From: Spirochaetia bacterium | GTDB lineage: Bacteria > Spirochaetota > Spirochaetia > SP-2023 | Direction of reading: 5' to 3' | Length of the DNA: 64,000 nucleotides | Assembly (NCBI GenBank): GCA_965225855.1 | Contig: CBDDCK010000005.1 | Span: 1,504,001 to 1,568,000, forward strand | Shown: positions 60,826 to 64,000 of the stretch, in pieces | Layout: each line of letters opens with the position of its first letter | Position numbering within the stretch: the stretch's first letter is position 1 | Position numbers and translations under genes: made by a program | Notes under the pieces: model-generated | Seen by the model: only the letters and a program-made list of their open reading frames with translations | Database searches by the model: none | Told to the model about the DNA's origin: nothing

Positions 60826-62517
60826 ATGTATAAGCTCAAACTACTTTTATTGCCTGTAGCATTGCTACTGGCCTTTATGGCCTTTGCCTGCGCCCCACCC
60901 GATGACGATGATCGATCTTCTGCGCCGTCTAAGCCGACTATCAATAACGCCATCTACGATTTTACTACGGCGCTGTTAACCGTACAAGGCACTAACTTAA
61001 GTCCTACAGAAGCCCAAATCCAAACCATCGTAGTAGATGGCGTAGCTTTAGATTCCTATACTGCAGATGAGGATGCCACTGGGCCAGATAGTAGCGGTCT
61101 TGAACAAGGTAAGTACCGTATTAAAAGCGATGGCACAGCGCTTTGGCTTAGACTTACCGATCAACATAAAGCTACTCTTGAGGCCAAGGTGGATAGCAAT
61201 GGTCTAAAAAAAGGGTTGCTTACTAGCTCTGGTGCTTGGGCGGGTTTAAATACAGCCAAAGACTTAACTGTTAGGAATATACCCGATAAGCAGTCGCCTA
61301 AGCAAACCGAACAAACTGAAGATAAGCAGTCTAAGACCGAAACCAAAGATCAGTCGCCTAAGTTACCCGAAGCCGAACAAGCTGAAGAAGAGTCGCTTAA
61401 GCAACCTAAAGACAAACAAGTCGAAGAGGAGTCGCCTAAAGCCGCAATTACCGGTGCAACCTACAATGTTAATACAAGTGTGTTAGTGATTACAGGTATT
61501 CACTTAGGTAGTGCGACCCAAGCGCAAATCCAAACCATCGTGGTAGATGGCTTAGCCTTAAATTCCTATATTGCAGATGGCACAGCCACTGGGCCAGATA
61601 GTCGCAGTCTTACAAAAGGTAAGTACCGTATGAAAAGCGATGGCACAGCGCTTTGGCTTTACCTTACCGATGACGATAAAACTACTCTTGAGGCCAAGCC
61701 CGGTATGAATACCAATGGTCTAAAAGATGGGTTGCTTACTAGCACTGGTACTTGGGCGGGTTTAAATACAGCCAAAGCCTTGGCCGTTAGCGGAAACCCC
61801 GAAGCCGCAATTACCAGTGCAACCTACAATGCTATTACAGGCGTGTTAGTGATTAATGGTACTAATTTACCGACAGCAGTTACAGGCTGGGACTTTAGCA
61901 AATTGAGGCTTGTATCCGGTGATGGTAAGAAGAAATACACATTACCCGATCACAACCCATTTTCAGCCACAGGTTCTGCAGCAAGTGTAACAAGCTTAAC
62001 GATTACTTTAACGGGTAATGAAAAAGCCAAAGCCAATGCTATATTGGTTAAGGATGGTGATAGTGATAATGCTGGTGCATACAACCTGGAAGCAGCAGCA
62101 GGATTTGCAGGTGGTAGCGCTGAAGACACAAGCAACCCTATTACCGTTAGTGGCTACGCAAGCCAGCTCACCGGAGTACATTACTATTCTAGTTCAGGCA
62201 AGTTAATTATTCGTGGTAGCAGGTTACCGAGAGCATTTACAGACTGGGACTTTAGCAAATTGACGATTGTATCCGGTGATGGTAGTAAGAGATACCCATT
62301 ACCCCAGCACGCAATAGGTGAAAACACAGCCACAGGTTCTGCAGCAAATACAATAGGCTTAATTATTATTTTAAGCGGTAGTGTAAAAGCGGAAGTCGAG
62401 AAGATACTGGTTCAGACTGGTGGTAATGATGATGCTGGTAACTACAACCTGGAAGCAGCAGCAGGATTTGTAACGGGTAAGCCAGAAGACCCAACCACTA
62501 GTATAACAAAGTTTTAA
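60826..62517 (+). CDS. Modular surface lipoprotein, paralogue 3 (A - Q/E/K linker - hybrid B/A - B - B)
   Basis: GGAGG RBS, signal MYKLKLLLLPVALLLAFMAFA-C, and the same modules as paralogues 1 and 2. Confidence 0.85.
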   Translation: MYKLKLLLLPVALLLAFMAFACAPPDDDDRSSAPSKPTINNAIYDFTTALLTVQGTNLSPTEAQIQTIVVDGVALDSYTADEDATGPDSSGLEQGKYRIKSDGTALWLRLTDQHKATLEAKVDSNGLKKGLLTSSGAWAGLNTAKDLTVRNIPDKQSPKQTEQTEDKQSKTETKDQSPKLPEAEQAEEESLKQPKDKQVEEESPKAAITGATYNVNTSVLVITGIHLGSATQAQIQTIVVDGLALNSYIADGTATGPDSRSLTKGKYRMKSDGTALWLYLTDDDKTTLEAKPGMNTNGLKDGLLTSTGTWAGLNTAKALAVSGNPEAAITSATYNAITGVLVINGTNLPTAVTGWDFSKLRLVSGDGKKKYTLPDHNPFSATGSAASVTSLTITLTGNEKAKANAILVKDGDSDNAGAYNLEAAAGFAGGSAEDTSNPITVSGYASQLTGVHYYSSSGKLIIRGSRLPRAFTDWDFSKLTIVSGDGSKRYPLPQHAIGENTATGSAANTIGLIIILSGSVKAEVEKILVQTGGNDDAGNYNLEAAAGFVTGKPEDPTTSITKF

Positions 62518-62520
62518 ATT

Positions 62521-62770
62521 GGTAAGTAGGGTTTGGTTGTTGCAACGCTTGCATTGGCCAATTGCAGCCTTGGTAAGTTTTTTATCGTGGCTGCTTTTAT
62601 CAAATTATAGCCTTGGTATGGAGAAAATACCAAGGCTGTAAAAAAATTTATTAAGGCTACAAATTTTTTTGTCAAGGCTGTAAATTTTTTTATTAAGGCT
62701 GCTTTTGCCAATTATAGCCTTGGTAAGTTTTCTTATCAAGGTTGCTTTTGCCAATTATAGCCTTGGTAAA
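62521..62770. repeat. Expanded AGCCTTGG / AAGGCT repeat cluster (3' element of cassette 3)
   Basis: Shares GTAAGTAGGGTT...TGCAACGCTTGCATTGGCC with the other copies. GCTTTTGCCAATTATAGCCTTGGTAA occurs twice, and AAGGCT recurs at a ~21-bp period. The 40-bp palindrome is absent. Confidence 0.85.
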
Positions 62771-63022
62771 TACGGGAAGCCAATATAGCCAAAGGCTGAA
62801 ACAACCAAGCTAAAAAGAACAAAAAAACTTGAAGCCGAATTGAATTACAGGCTTTAGACGGCTAAGTGGTTATATGATCGCAGTACAGCCTAAACAGTAA
62901 GTAAATTTGCACGCAAGTCGTTTGATTTTGCGTGCGCCGTTACATCGAGGGACTTCTAAACTTTTCTTTCTTTAAAGTAGTTAGGCTCTGCTATTAGATG
63001 TTTATCTATAATTGGTTAGTGT

Positions 63023-63853
63023 TTAGTTTAAATGAAACCATGTACGCAAAAATTGAGCAGCTCCATCTTCACGATTGCTTGGGGCTAAGTAATAGCCTTG
63101 TTGTTTCAGCTGGCCAAAAGCATTGCTCATAACGACTGGAACTTTTGCCAATTGCCACATCGACACATCATTATAGCCGTCGCCAATGGCCATCAGTTGT
63201 TCAGCTTGTAGACCTAGATACTCGAGTATATACCTCAAACCTATGCCCTTATTGAGCCGAGCATCTTGAATTTCCATAACACCGGGCATCGAATAGTTGG
63301 CATACAGGTATTCGCTAGAACCCGGCTGTGCTGCTTCCAACCTTTCACGCACTTCTGTTAGTACGGGTTCCAACAAAGAATCTTCCCCTACTGTAACAAA
63401 TTTCAAAATGCTATCTTGTGCATGGTCGGCAAAACAAATATGTTCAAATATCTTCAGTCGCTGGAACTGTGGGGCGTACTTACCTAATAGCTTCATATTG
63501 CTATTTTCGCACCATAGTTTCTCACCAACATAGGCGTGCAAATGGTAGTTGTGGGCCGCAAAACTTTCGGTTACGGCACGGCTGAAAAATTCTGGCAGAA
63601 ATGTTTGTTTTAGCGGTTTATCTTCGCTCAAGTGGGCTAATTGACCCCCGTTTAAGCAAACGGCATACATGCGTTCAGGCAATTCGCCACCGGTTTTCAG
63701 TACGCCGAGGCTGCGTCCAGTGGCAATAATACAGGTAATACCTTTGTCCATCAGGCGGTTCAGTACCTCCAAAGTGAAGGCACTTATCTTGTGGTCATGG
63801 CCCAGTAAAGTCCCATCCATATCCAAGGCAACAGCTCGTATCTCTATATCCAT
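63023..63853 (-). CDS. Cof-type HAD-IIB family hydrolase
   Basis: LDMDGTLL, IATGR, NKG.GL and IGDGYNDVSM motifs. Confidence 0.93.
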   Translation of the reverse strand: MDIEIRAVALDMDGTLLGHDHKISAFTLEVLNRLMDKGITCIIATGRSLGVLKTGGELPERMYAVCLNGGQLAHLSEDKPLKQTFLPEFFSRAVTESFAAHNYHLHAYVGEKLWCENSNMKLLGKYAPQFQRLKIFEHICFADHAQDSILKFVTVGEDSLLEPVLTEVRERLEAAQPGSSEYLYANYSMPGVMEIQDARLNKGIGLRYILEYLGLQAEQLMAIGDGYNDVSMWQLAKVPVVMSNAFGQLKQQGYYLAPSNREDGAAQFLRTWFHLN

Positions 63854-64000
63854 AACAACGTTTCCTATTTGACTAAGGGACTAATCCATTGCAATAATTG
63901 GGGGATTTGGGAAGGCTGCTCTGAAGGTAGATGCAGCTCGCCCAAGTGGCAAATTATCGACTGCTTTGCCTCTATTGAACGGGGCTGGTAGAAAACAATT

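Larger units (their letters stand above)
60581..62793 (+). mobile_element. Lipoprotein cassette 3 flanked by a perfect 27-bp direct repeat
   Basis: TAAATACGGGAAGCCAATATAGCCAAA at 60581-60607 and 62767-62793. Confidence 0.45.

Overview
A 64-kb chromosomal window from a spirochaete. The assignment is inferred from two FlaB-type flagellins, groEL without groES, DUF2225-truA-UDG-like-priA, yhdT-panF-coaBC and rpsB-tsf-frr-uppS-cdsA. Most of the window is housekeeping DNA. The standout accessory signal is a dispersed family of three paralogous modular surface lipoprotein genes (4714-6501 +, 48673-50943 -, 60826-62517 +). They are built from two ~115-120 aa modules in different copy numbers, with patches where every differing codon changes the amino acid. 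Each gene sits in a shared non-coding cassette: a poly-C tract in a candidate promoter, phased A-tracts upstream and a palindrome-rich 3' element. Copies 1 and 2 are bounded by inverted ACGTGATAACTCG-type motifs, doubled at a 23-bp period at three of the four ends. Copy 3 is bounded by a perfect 27-bp direct repeat. No recombinase, intact transposase or reverse transcriptase is encoded in the window, so an antigenic- or phase-variation cassette system is an inference. Other points are a eukaryote-type (Aro7-like) chorismate mutase, a small FlgM-like ORF, CsrA-type sites on one flaB leader, motif-degenerate UDG and transglutaminase homologues, and decayed Rpn, DUF285 and ankyrin genes. I saw no rRNA, tRNA or CRISPR array. 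All family calls are motif recognition by eye, with no database searches.
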